Shown: positions 33,891 to 43,435 of the stretch, piece after piece
How positions within the stretch are numbered: the first letter of the stretch is position 1
Layout of the letters: the number at the start of each line of letters is the position of its first letter
NCBI GenBank assembly: GCA_965218975.1
Contig: OZ244717.1
Coordinates: forward strand, 1,888,001 to 1,952,000
Source of the DNA: Candidatus Oxydemutatoraceae bacterium
GTDB lineage: Bacteria > Pseudomonadota > Gammaproteobacteria > Poriferisulfidales > Oxydemutatoraceae
DNA length: 64,000 nt
Direction of reading: 5' to 3'
Notes under the pieces: model-generated
The model's input: the letters and a program-made list of their open reading frames with translations, nothing else
Database searches by the model: none
Told to the model about the DNA's origin: nothing
Program-made: the position numbers and the translations under genes

Positions 33891-34325
33891 TCACTCGGAA
33901 ACAAAAAGCCGATGATTTCCCAGCGGGTTTTGCAAAACAACTTCTTGCCTGCCGATACTCAAAACTGTCATCTCGTTAAAAGTTTCACCCGGTTCAATCG
34001 TATGAAAAGATTTATTAGGCAATTGCAGAACAGCAACGTTTTTTTCTTTAGCGGATACGATCCCGGCAAGGCGGTACCCTATTAGAGCGACGCTCCCGTG
34101 CTTGCTTTGCGGATGACGATCTTTCATCTGCCCAATTAATCCCGTAACCGGCGCAAACGGATTGCTGATTTTTTCTTTAGACGGCATGTCTTCCGAGTAC
34201 ACTTGAGCGGCAGGGTCCGGATTGACTTTCGGATTAGACTCTATCGGCGACACCAGCAATCCCGCAATGTAAACAAACCATATCACCGTCTGTCTGCAAA
34301 AAATACATCCGCGCGGAAACTTCAT
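33891..34325 (-). CDS. PilP-like protein
   Basis: SNPFAP, YRLAGIV...AVLQLP beta domain; directly upstream of the secretin gene. Confidence 0.6.
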   Translation of the reverse strand: MKFPRGCIFCRQTVIWFVYIAGLLVSPIESNPKVNPDPAAQVYSEDMPSKEKISNPFAPVTGLIGQMKDRHPQSKHGSVALIGYRLAGIVSAKEKNVAVLQLPNKSFHTIEPGETFNEMTVLSIGRQEVVLQNPLGNHRLFVSE

Positions 34326-34891
34326 TTCACGAATTCACCGACCGTCGTTTGCGGTTGCAAAACAAATAATGACAAATCGACAGCGACATTAAAAATGTCT
34401 TGCGCCGCGCGAATCCGTTCGGATATGGTCTGTAATAAACAAGAACTTGCCGCCAATTCATTGCGAAATCGTAAATAGTCGTGCCAATCGCCGACAAATT
34501 GAAATGCCGTTTCAATACGCGACCATGACTGCTGTGATTGCGGCAACATCAGCTCCTTTACCGGTTGATGTTCTATTTTACGGATGCTGATATTATGTTT
34601 GTCGGCGAACGAGACAATTTCCGCAGTCGCGCCATTTGCGCAATTTATATGTTTGAATCCCCGCAACCGGGTGTGATATTTTTGCTTCGCTTGTTGCGTA
34701 CTCTGTTTAAGTTGCATCAATGTTTGCCGCGCGCGCGATAATCGTTTCTTTATATCATCAATTGTAGAAATCTTAATCCGCATTTGCGCATTGGTGTTTT
34801 CGTGCAAAACGAAAACAGTAAACGCATGAGCAATCGATGCGCAACAAATGACAACCGTTAAAATCATCAGTACAGATTTCTTGCGCATCAT
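34322..34891 (-). CDS. PilO-like protein
   Basis: N-terminal TM, coiled coil, FVGDWHDYLRF; lies between the PilN-like and PilP-like genes. Confidence 0.6.
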   Translation of the reverse strand: MMRKKSVLMILTVVICCASIAHAFTVFVLHENTNAQMRIKISTIDDIKKRLSRARQTLMQLKQSTQQAKQKYHTRLRGFKHINCANGATAEIVSFADKHNISIRKIEHQPVKELMLPQSQQSWSRIETAFQFVGDWHDYLRFRNELAASSCLLQTISERIRAAQDIFNVAVDLSLFVLQPQTTVGEFVK

Positions 34892-36336
34892 ATTTCTATC
34901 GACTCGGCGAATTCCGCTACCTGACAATCGATCGTGAACCGCTTCATCCTACTTTCCGCCTCGGTAACCAAACTTTTGATGACCACATGCGGTATTATCT
35001 CGTAACGACGCAAGGTATCGACATAACGCACTACCGTTCGATTGCTTAAAGCATTGCCTTGAATGCGGAATACCGACGGCGCGTAAAACTCGGTTTCATG
35101 AACCGATAAATCCGGCATTGCGGCAACAGCAATGATCTCAAGCAAACGCGGGTACACAGCGCGAGCGACACGGAGGCTGCGGATATCGGCAACGAATGCG
35201 GCATAACGTTGTTGCTCTTGACGCAATGACGTAATCATTTGTAAATGTTGCGCATGTTGCTCGGATAAGTCAGCGTAGTGAGCGAATTTCAATTGCAAAA
35301 TATTCCGCTCTCGCAACAGGTTCCAGTGCGTGTATCCGCTAACGGCGAATAACAACAAACTGCAAAAAAATACACTTAATACGCAATGTCGAACGAAACG
35401 TGTACGCTGACTTGCCGATGTGTCGCTAAAATCCGGATATTGCTTATGGCGCTTCTGCGATGCCATAACGATACCTGCGGCGACCAACGACAGTGATTGG
35501 TTTTTATGACTGATGTCAGTCGCACCGGCGGCAACCGAAATATCACGTTGCATCACTTCTCGGGTCGCTATCAACCGCACGGAAAATTGTGCCGGTAAAA
35601 GCGTCGGCAGGTTCTCAATGACTTGTCGGTTGAATGCCCTTGCTTCCGGACTAACCACAGACACGGTTACCGGCTGATTTTCAGTCGCCGCTTTTTGTCG
35701 ATCAGCAAATAACTGCCGTATGGAAACCGCCAATTCGGATAATAGACGAGATAACGATGACTCATCCCAAACATCGCGCATACCGATATGGTCCAAGCGT
35801 TGAAAACAGATGCCAAAGCTACCGACAGCAATTAAATAAACTTCACTATCTAATACAACTGCACAATGACATGCGCCAGTTTGGGTGGCTGACAACCAGT
35901 CAAAACAAACCAAACTTTGGCGCACGACATGCAATTTTGCGCGAACAATCGGGGCAAGATAAGCCATCCGCCGGCGTTTCGGTAAAGCGGACAATAAAAC
36001 CGAAATTTGATCCGATTCGCGACTCGGCAATAATCGCCACCGCAAATCAAACTCGTCAGTCGCAACACCTAACGATTCCTGCCAAAAATAATCTTGCCGA
36101 GTCATATTCCGCAACTCGCCAGCACTGACCCGCGCTAACATAACAGTCTTCACCCGACAGTGTGTTACCGGCAATGACACAGTACACGCCAGCCCTCGCA
36201 AATGTTCGGACTGCACAAAATCAATCAACCGATCGGGCGCGCAGGAATGCAACATATCCTCATGCCCGCGCCGTTTGATGCGGATAAGTAATCGGTCTTT
36301 GGAAAAACCAATCGCGATATTGGGTTTACACCACAC
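34888..36336 (-). CDS. PilM/PilN-like fusion protein
   Basis: Divergent cytoplasmic N-terminal region, one TM near residue 320, coiled coil, then IQGNALSNRTVVRYVDTL (PilN-like). Confidence 0.6.
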   Translation of the reverse strand: MWCKPNIAIGFSKDRLLIRIKRRGHEDMLHSCAPDRLIDFVQSEHLRGLACTVSLPVTHCRVKTVMLARVSAGELRNMTRQDYFWQESLGVATDEFDLRWRLLPSRESDQISVLLSALPKRRRMAYLAPIVRAKLHVVRQSLVCFDWLSATQTGACHCAVVLDSEVYLIAVGSFGICFQRLDHIGMRDVWDESSLSRLLSELAVSIRQLFADRQKAATENQPVTVSVVSPEARAFNRQVIENLPTLLPAQFSVRLIATREVMQRDISVAAGATDISHKNQSLSLVAAGIVMASQKRHKQYPDFSDTSASQRTRFVRHCVLSVFFCSLLLFAVSGYTHWNLLRERNILQLKFAHYADLSEQHAQHLQMITSLRQEQQRYAAFVADIRSLRVARAVYPRLLEIIAVAAMPDLSVHETEFYAPSVFRIQGNALSNRTVVRYVDTLRRYEIIPHVVIKSLVTEAESRMKRFTIDCQVAEFAESIEI

Positions 36337-37333
36337 GATTTTTTATTTTCCCCGCCGCATACAACTGTTTTGAGAACATGTGCATCGCAATCATACCGTC
36401 TGCCTGAGAAGTTTCGATCACTCCCGGCAAATGGAAAATTTTACCGTCGCGAATCAAATGTCTGACTGCGTTAGTGGCAACCATGACTTCATAGGTCGCC
36501 ACTCGTGCGTTTCCATCGGCGCTCTCGAGCAACTTCTGACTGACAATCAATTGCAAACTTGCTGCAAGTTGATGACGTGCCCGCTCCGCTCCGGCACCGA
36601 AAGCGTGTATTACGCGCGCGACCGCATCGGCGCAATTACCGGCATGCAACGTGCCGATTACCAAATGCCCGAGCTCGGCGGCAATCAAAGCCAAACCTAT
36701 GGTTTCGGCATCGCGCATTTCACCTAATAAAATCACATCCGGGTCTTCACGCAATGCGGCACGAATCGCCGTTGTGAATGAATCAACATCCATCCCCACT
36801 TGTCTTTGCGACACGAGCGAAAATTCGGATTGAAAATGAAATTCAATCGGATCTTCAATCGTAACTACATGAATCGGATGACGTTCAAGCAAATAATAAA
36901 TCATTGACGCCATTGAAGTTGATTTACCAGCGCCGACCGGACCGGTAACTAAAATCAAACCGTTTTCATTGTGTAGAGTTTGCGCGACACTTGCGGGAAA
37001 ACCCAACATATCCATTGACGGCACTACGTTTTCAATTTTGCGTAAAACGCATGCCGGATTGCCGGATTCAAAATAAAAGTGTGCGCGAAAACGTTGCCCG
37101 GCACACTCGATGCTAACATCAATGAATTTATACTTTCTCCAACGTCGCAATAAATCCTCAGCTAAATACCGATCGACAAACGTCTGAAATTCACGTTTTG
37201 ATATGGCTGCTTCGCAACAACGAATAATTTTTCCATTCACGCGCAATGCTGGCGCAATCCCAATATGAATATGGATGTCCGATAAACCTGAGTATGCTAA
37301 ATAATTCGCTATCCTTTTTTCCAGTGCGCACAT
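36326..37333 (-). CDS. pilT: PilT/PilU-family retraction ATPase
   Basis: SDIHI, GPVGAGKSTS, TIEDPIE, ALREDPDVILLGEMRD, AVRHLIRDGK (AIRNLIRE-like). Confidence 0.9.
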   Translation of the reverse strand: MCALEKRIANYLAYSGLSDIHIHIGIAPALRVNGKIIRCCEAAISKREFQTFVDRYLAEDLLRRWRKYKFIDVSIECAGQRFRAHFYFESGNPACVLRKIENVVPSMDMLGFPASVAQTLHNENGLILVTGPVGAGKSTSMASMIYYLLERHPIHVVTIEDPIEFHFQSEFSLVSQRQVGMDVDSFTTAIRAALREDPDVILLGEMRDAETIGLALIAAELGHLVIGTLHAGNCADAVARVIHAFGAGAERARHQLAASLQLIVSQKLLESADGNARVATYEVMVATNAVRHLIRDGKIFHLPGVIETSQADGMIAMHMFSKQLYAAGKIKNRVV

Positions 37334-37375
37334 AATGCTTCCTTTGTCGCGATGGTTTACAATGCGTCTGTTTTT

Positions 37376-37462
37376 GCCGAGGTGGCGAAATCGGTAGACG
37401 CGCCGGACTCAAAATCCGGTGGGGTTAAACCCGTGCGGGTTCGAGTCCCGCCCTCGGTACCA
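37376..37462 (+). tRNA. tRNA-Leu(CAA)
   Basis: CCGGA-CTCAAAA-TCCGG anticodon arm, long variable arm, GGTTCGAGTCC, CCA end. Confidence 0.96.
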
Positions 37463-37576
37463 ACCATCTAAACATAAACCGAATGAAGCGGCGCAAAATC
37501 ACTATCCGATGAACGGCGGCAAAAAACCGACGAATAGATAATAAAGCGGGCTATACTCGTGTCTGTAAATGTGACT

Positions 37577-37653
37577 GCCCCGGTGGCACAATCGGATAGC
37601 GCGTCTCCCTCCTAAGGAGAAGGTTTCAGGTTCGAATCCTGATCGGGGCGCCA
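37577..37653 (+). tRNA. tRNA-Arg(CCT)
   Basis: GCCCCG/CGGGGC acceptor stem, TCTCC-CTCCTAA-GGAGA anticodon arm, GGTTCGAATCC, CCA end. Confidence 0.95.
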
Positions 37654-37822
37654 CGAACAAAACTTTTCGGTTTTTGGGGAACCGGATTGCGGACAGCGCA
37701 GGAAAGGAAAATTTCTACCCAGTTCTGTTCTCCGGGCATTCGGACGAAGTGACGAGGCTTTGATGTTCGGATAGATTCGGCGCCCCCGGCATCCTCCTGC
37801 CGAACCATCTCCGCTGCGACCG

Positions 37823-40177
37823 TCAGGCTTCGGATTCTAAACTGCCGAGAGATGCAATCATTGGGAGCCAGGCTAATGACACAGCCTCTGTCAATCGTGA
37901 AATTTGGTCATACACAGACGATTCATCTCCATTAGAATCATCGCCGTTGTCTGTTCTGTTCTCAGAGCAATTCTCCTCAAAGTGCAGAATAGATATACCC
38001 AACAAAACCATTCCCGCACAATATCTTTCTTCTAAGATTACCGGGTTGGTTTGGGTGTTATTCTTCATCTCGGTTTTAAGATGTACGTTATCCACATTGA
38101 TAAAAAAATCATAGCTTCTTCTCTCTTCTGCGGACTTAACTTTCAAAGCGCTGCTCTGATTAAATCCAAATTCTTTATATTCGTTTTTATCCCAATCTTC
38201 CCGCTTTATCCTGCACACATTGGGAAGATCGTTATACGACTTTTTCTGTCTCGGTGTTGGTTTAGGAGGATTTGGGCCTGGTGGACCCTTAGGTTCATTA
38301 TCAGGGAGAATATAGAACTTATTGGTAAAAGGCTTTGTTTGACAGATGTCGCTTACCTTTGTCTCAAAACACAATGTTTCTCCGGATTTTGCGCTCTTCG
38401 GAATGCTGATCGTTAGGGCTGAACGGCCGTTCCACAAGTTGTTGGAATAATCCGGATACGATCCGTCATCGAGCTCCAAAGTCAACTCGCCGGGATCTCT
38501 ATCGCGATTGAAATAATCATTCTCCGCATCGGTTTTGTATTCAATACGGAACTTGCGATGGTTGATTGAGCAATGTTTTGGTTTTTTCTCCGTATATTCC
38601 TTAACGGAATTAAAATAGGTAGGAAACTTTTTTCCCTCAAATTCCTCCTGATGAGGGACCTTTCTGCCGAACGGATCGGATACCCTTGCCCCAGGAGAAA
38701 AAAGATTGGACAAGGCCGGTTGCTTTTTAATCATGTCTTCCAGAACGTCCGCAATCGGTTTTGAGTCTCGGAGCTTATCTCCAATCGCTTCTTGTCTTCT
38801 CCTATTCTGTAACTCCTTTAACCCGCTATGATTCTTGATAATATCTTCCAACTCTTTTTCTATTGAATTGCGAATGACTGCGTCAGCCAATCTATCGCGA
38901 GTCGGCATAAAAAGTTCTTCCTGCTTTCTTCTTGAGATGTTTGAACAATCAATGGTGACTAGGATGCTGTCAGACAAATAAGATTTCCCGACCGCTTTTC
39001 TTGTAAAAAATGCCTTTGGCAAAAATCCGTGAGCCTGTCCGTTGATTGAAAAGACAACCCCCTCGTTTTTTGCATAGCTTTCTTTTTTGCCTTTCTTAAA
39101 AACATAGATCAAGTAATCTAATTTCTGGCCCTCCACGGTTATTCCTCCGCTACTGGGCGTTCGAAATTCCGGCTCAAGATTTTTATTCTTATCTTCGTCT
39201 AAGCGTACACTTAAGCCTGCAAGTGTTTTCTCGTCGGAGTGCGGATACTGCTTTCGGTGCTCTGCTAATTTTATCGGCAACGCAACATCCGGCATTAAAA
39301 GAGCGAGGCGGTAGTAAAGATCAAATCCAATATGTGTCTTTAACCTGGGGGGAAGATCATATTCATAGAGTTTGATGAAGGTGCCGGATTTTAGTGACTC
39401 TGGTAAAAGGGGCAACTCATCTGCGCCAAAAGACAAAATTTCTTTATTTGGCGCTAAATATGTGTAGCGGGAGCTTTTCTCCCCTCCTTTTGGATCCTCA
39501 CGTCTTACAACAGTAACTCCCCATAAGTCTCTCGTTTTATCTTCCCCATATATCTTTTGGTCGGTTTTGGCGTCTATCTGATGATTTCGTTTAGAAACTA
39601 TAAGCAGCATACTATTTTTAGGGCTGCAAAAACGCAATACACCGGTTCCACCCATGCCAAATTTTCCCTGAACGAAAGGAATTTTAATTTTGTTATTTTT
39701 TGTAAGAGATAGGATTGTTCCCGGCATCCGTTGCGGGGATTGTCCCTCGCCTCTGTCTATAATGGAATAAGAGGGCTTAGTTTTGCTGCCGGTTGCTACA
39801 AGCCATATATCCTCTGCAAGCGCTGTTCTTTGTTTGCTATCAAAACCAGACAGCTTCCCATTGTGTATGTTAAAAAATTTCTTTTGCGCCTCGGCAATAT
39901 TTTGTGGTGCTTTATTGCTGCTTGGATCTATCTCTTGCTTTAGGCATTCTCGCATCAGCACGGCATCAACTGAGTTTACCAACTTCTCAACCAATGCGTT
40001 ATCGGCACTGCTTTGTTGATTCCCGATTGTGGAATAGTTCATAGGGTTATTTCCGTATTCACGCCACGCAGAGTCTTCATCCCAATATCCCGCTTCCCTT
40101 AGGAGATCAATAACCTCCCTTTCCGTATCTGCTTGCGCAAGGGCAAGAGCAAATTTTTTAGCGTCGACATTCGTCAT
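37823..40177 (-). CDS. GHKL (Hsp90/MutL/MORC-like) ATPase-domain protein, 784 aa
   Basis: EKLVNSVDA (motif I), IIDRGEG (motif II), QGKFGMGG (motif III), GTFIKL (motif IV); AT-rich; next to a tRNA. Confidence 0.8.
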   Translation of the reverse strand: MTNVDAKKFALALAQADTEREVIDLLREAGYWDEDSAWREYGNNPMNYSTIGNQQSSADNALVEKLVNSVDAVLMRECLKQEIDPSSNKAPQNIAEAQKKFFNIHNGKLSGFDSKQRTALAEDIWLVATGSKTKPSYSIIDRGEGQSPQRMPGTILSLTKNNKIKIPFVQGKFGMGGTGVLRFCSPKNSMLLIVSKRNHQIDAKTDQKIYGEDKTRDLWGVTVVRREDPKGGEKSSRYTYLAPNKEILSFGADELPLLPESLKSGTFIKLYEYDLPPRLKTHIGFDLYYRLALLMPDVALPIKLAEHRKQYPHSDEKTLAGLSVRLDEDKNKNLEPEFRTPSSGGITVEGQKLDYLIYVFKKGKKESYAKNEGVVFSINGQAHGFLPKAFFTRKAVGKSYLSDSILVTIDCSNISRRKQEELFMPTRDRLADAVIRNSIEKELEDIIKNHSGLKELQNRRRQEAIGDKLRDSKPIADVLEDMIKKQPALSNLFSPGARVSDPFGRKVPHQEEFEGKKFPTYFNSVKEYTEKKPKHCSINHRKFRIEYKTDAENDYFNRDRDPGELTLELDDGSYPDYSNNLWNGRSALTISIPKSAKSGETLCFETKVSDICQTKPFTNKFYILPDNEPKGPPGPNPPKPTPRQKKSYNDLPNVCRIKREDWDKNEYKEFGFNQSSALKVKSAEERRSYDFFINVDNVHLKTEMKNNTQTNPVILEERYCAGMVLLGISILHFEENCSENRTDNGDDSNGDESSVYDQISRLTEAVSLAWLPMIASLGSLESEA

Positions 40178-40396
40178 AGTTTGAACTCTTCCTTTTTAAG
40201 AAAATAAAACTTCGATTTTGCTGCTCTTACGTGTTTCTCGATCTCCGAAAAAATTTTGTTGGCTTCTTCCTCGGTGTAGTCATACATACTCCTGTTTGCG
40301 CAATTACTCAAAATCTTAAGCTTTTTTAGCACGGCAATTAGTGCGCTGGGAACCCAAACGTTTAAATCTTTCTCTTTTTTGTGATTTATTTTCTAT
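40174..40396 (-). pseudogene. Small (~73 aa) helical protein, frameshifted, coupled to the GHKL gene
   Basis: ENKSQKRERFKRLGSQRTN, +1 nt near 40337, then AVLKKLKILSNCANRSMYDYTEEEANKIFSEIEKHVRAAKSKFYFLKKEEFKL-TGA overlapping the GHKL ATG; ATA where a start is expected. Confidence 0.7.
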
Positions 40397-40456
40397 ATTA
40401 CGTATATATTTAGCTTATATGCAAATATATTTATTATTTACGAAATATCAACAATA

Positions 40457-40950
40457 TGTACGATGCCATCCTAAATGGGATTCTTGAAGGGCTTCTGGGG
40501 AAGCATTCGGCAGCAACATTCGGATCGGCGCTTTCTGTCCGTTGCCGGCATGAGGGCGGCGTAGGGTGAGACGCGCCCGGAAAACCGATCGGTTTTCAGC
40601 GGCGAACGACCCGACAAGGATGTCGGGGCTGGCGCTCATTGACAGAACCAAGTCGCGTCATGGACGACAGGCACTTTGCCGAAAATCCACCAACAAACAC
40701 AAAACGGTTTCATAACCGATCATTGAATGCTTCCGTATCGGTAAATAGCGGGTTTTCCGCATGATCGATACAATCCTCCTGGACGGTACGATTGAAGCGC
40801 TCGATGTGCGCGTTCATTTTTGGACACTTGGGATAGGTCAGCCACTGCTCAATCACGGGTGATTCCCGGATGAGCCGGGCAAACTGTCTTTGAAACTCAC
40901 TACCGCCGTCCGTCAGGATATATTTTACCGGTCGCGGCAGTATTGCCAGG
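40457..40950 (-). mobile_element. Decayed IS481-like transposase (rve core plus C-terminus), copy A
   Basis: ILTDGGSEF...YPKCPKMNAHIERFNRTVQE core; RRPHAG...ESHLGWHRT ending in ACA. Confidence 0.8.
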
Positions 40951-40951
40951 G

Positions 40952-41420
40952 TGTACATGTCCAATACATTCCAGACAAATGAGGGAGTGGTTGGACAATG
41001 ACTTGATACCGGGTTATGCCGTTTAATCCTCGACGGAGGCGCTCGCCGCTGTAGCGTTGTAGGTAATTGATCATCTACCGATTAAACACACCGATGTCTT
41101 CAAGCAGTAATACTTCCCTATAGTCGATAAACTCTTTTCCGCTCATTATAAGCATTCATTTTGGGGCATTCATTTTGGGGCATTTCGGATCAGTATAGCA
41201 CCGGCGGATGTTCTGTCGGCGAAGATATATTGATCGAATGCCCCTGAAACTCGCTGTCGTTGTCGGTCAACACTTACTTGATTTTGCCCGGCAAGACCGT
41301 TTGCACCAAAGCAGCAAACCGAGCCGCTTGCGTGCTGTTGCCGCGTGGCACTTGCCGATGCAAAGGTAAAACGGGCTCGTATAGAAACCTTTGATGCGGT
41401 GACCGATATGCTGATATTGC
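40952..41420 (-). mobile_element. Decayed IS481-like transposase, copy B
   Basis: Broken frames: NSTQAARF...KIK*VLTDNDSEFQG, PKCPKMNA/YNER, IDYREVLLLED...YSGER...LSGMYWTCT ending in ACA. Confidence 0.75.
41153..41180. repeat. 14-bp tandem duplication CATTCATTTTGGGG x2 inside IS copy B
   Basis: Read directly; disrupts the CPKMNA motif. Confidence 0.9.
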
Positions 41421-41564
41421 ATGCCGGTCACCTTTTTATTGACGTCCGAGAATCCAGTATGTATCCGGATACGTACACCTGAAAGGACCGCTGTTTTAAC
41501 AATGATAAAACAGCTATCAGCTTGCCGGAAACGTCATCTTTCAACATATAATCGCGACAAGCCG

Positions 41565-42473
41565 ATGCGTGATCATCTTCAATATCTACGATATCTTATC
41601 GTTGCGACTCTTGTTTTATTTGTCGGCGGATGCGGTGATATCGTATTTGAAAAGCTCATGTTTTCCCCGGCAATGCAATTGCCGCAAGACGAGAATCCTT
41701 GCGATCATTTCCCTGCAGGTTATAGCTGTGAATTAACTGATTTCGACGAAACCTTTTTCAATTCGCTTGACAATCAAACACGCTTACATGCACTGTTTTT
41801 CAAAAATCCGGAGTCGGAAAAACTGATCATTTATTTCCATGGCAACGGCAGTCAAATTTACTTTAGAATTCGTTATGCACTAAAACTTGTAAAAATGGCC
41901 AATGTGTTGCTTCTCAGTTACCGCGGCTACGGTAAAAGTGACGGCAATCCTTCGGAAAAAGGCTTATATGAGGATGCCGCGGCGGCGATTGATTATGCAC
42001 GTCATACATTACAATTTAAGGAAACGAATATCTATATTTACGGTAGATCGCTAGGTGGTGCAGTTGCGATTGAAGCAGCGCAAAACCGTAATTTCGCCGG
42101 TCTAATCTTAATCTCCACCTTTTCTAGCGGCTACGATGTCGCCGCCGACCGCGGTTTGGAAAGTTGGTTGGGTTCCAGCCGACCATTCGATTCGATCAAC
42201 AAGCTTCAGAATATATATATCCCGATGCTAATCATTCATGGTAATCGCGACGGACTGATTCCCATCGCGCACGGAAAAAAACTTTACGCGGCGTACTCGG
42301 GTGCGGATAAAAGCTTCTACGAAGTCAATGGCGCCTCGCATTGGGGAATTAGCCGCAATCCGGAATTCTGGACAACGCTAGACATATTTGTCAATGAGCG
42401 AACCGAAGAAGCCGACACTGAAATAAAAGCGACTCGGGAGATTGAAGCAACTCCCAGCGAATCGCTACGGTGA
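41565..42473 (+). CDS. Alpha/beta hydrolase (ABHD13/17-like), probable lipoprotein
   Basis: VGGC lipobox, YFHGNG, YRGYGKSDG, GRSLGG nucleophile, IHGNRD, GASH. Confidence 0.9.
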   Translation: MRDHLQYLRYLIVATLVLFVGGCGDIVFEKLMFSPAMQLPQDENPCDHFPAGYSCELTDFDETFFNSLDNQTRLHALFFKNPESEKLIIYFHGNGSQIYFRIRYALKLVKMANVLLLSYRGYGKSDGNPSEKGLYEDAAAAIDYARHTLQFKETNIYIYGRSLGGAVAIEAAQNRNFAGLILISTFSSGYDVAADRGLESWLGSSRPFDSINKLQNIYIPMLIIHGNRDGLIPIAHGKKLYAAYSGADKSFYEVNGASHWGISRNPEFWTTLDIFVNERTEEADTEIKATREIEATPSESLR

Positions 42474-42866
42474 ACGCAATGTTCCGATCAAACTGCCGCT
42501 GCGATCATAAGCGCTGACGCCCTCGTTATCAATACGCAGATGCTCGACATAGCCTGTCGGTGACGGCAACATGGCGCTGACCCCTTCGCCGGTCAAATGC
42601 AGACGCACATCATTATGGCTATTGAGCACCAATTGTCCGCCTTCCTCATCGGCATACATGCGTATTTGCTCCCGATTCTCGCTATCCAAAATAACCAACT
42701 CTTTTAGTTTCACGGTATTCATCACGCGCAAGTCGCCTTTGCCCAAACCGGAAGGCGCAATGGTTTCATACAGAAAGAATGCGGCAATAATGATCACTGC
42801 GATCCGAATATTGCGCACGTTCTTTTCAAGCGCTTCCATACGATCAGGGAAATCTTCCTCCCGCAT
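42465..42866 (-). CDS. Hypothetical single-TM protein
   Basis: AAGGAG SD; short coil, TM, beta-rich domain; 133 aa. Confidence 0.7.
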   Translation of the reverse strand: MREEDFPDRMEALEKNVRNIRIAVIIIAAFFLYETIAPSGLGKGDLRVMNTVKLKELVILDSENREQIRMYADEEGGQLVLNSHNDVRLHLTGEGVSAMLPSPTGYVEHLRIDNEGVSAYDRSGSLIGTLRSP

Positions 42867-42989
42867 ACATCAACTCCTTCGGTATCGTTGATTAAATAAT
42901 GTTTTATATTAACCGAAACTACCCGCCGCCATCATAAATGGGTCTACCGTCTAGTGTATTCGCCCTCAGATAAAAACGAAACTAATCCG

Positions 42990-43421
42990 CTATGCCAAAA
43001 AACTTTGTACACTGACGGTTACTTTACGCGTATGCGCCGCCAGTCGATGCTCCCACAAGTAAATCCCCTGCCACACGCCTAATGCAAGACAACCTTTGGC
43101 GATCGGAATGGACAAATGGGTTTGGGTTAACGCCGACCGAATATGTCCCGGCATATCATCAATACCTTCAGCGGTATGTCGAAACAACCTATCGCCGTCC
43201 GGAACTAAGCGGGAGAAAAATCGTTCCAAATCGCGATGCACTTCCGCATCGGCATTCTCGGTAATCAGCAAAGACGCACTGGTATGGTGAACGAAAACGT
43301 GGCACAAGCCGTCGCATTGTCCGGAAATACAACCCTGCGTTTGTTGCGTCAGGTCATACAATCCGCGTCCTTTAGTTTTATATTCAAGCTGCTTTTGATA
43401 GTGTGTTGAAATCATAGTCAT
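42990..43421 (-). CDS. yjbQ: YjbQ/UPF0047-family protein
   Basis: HTSASLLITENAD, EGIDDMPGHIRS, LGVWQGIYLWEHR. Confidence 0.93.
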   Translation of the reverse strand: MTMISTHYQKQLEYKTKGRGLYDLTQQTQGCISGQCDGLCHVFVHHTSASLLITENADAEVHRDLERFFSRLVPDGDRLFRHTAEGIDDMPGHIRSALTQTHLSIPIAKGCLALGVWQGIYLWEHRLAAHTRKVTVSVQSFLA

Positions 43422-43435
43422 ATTATAATCGCTAC

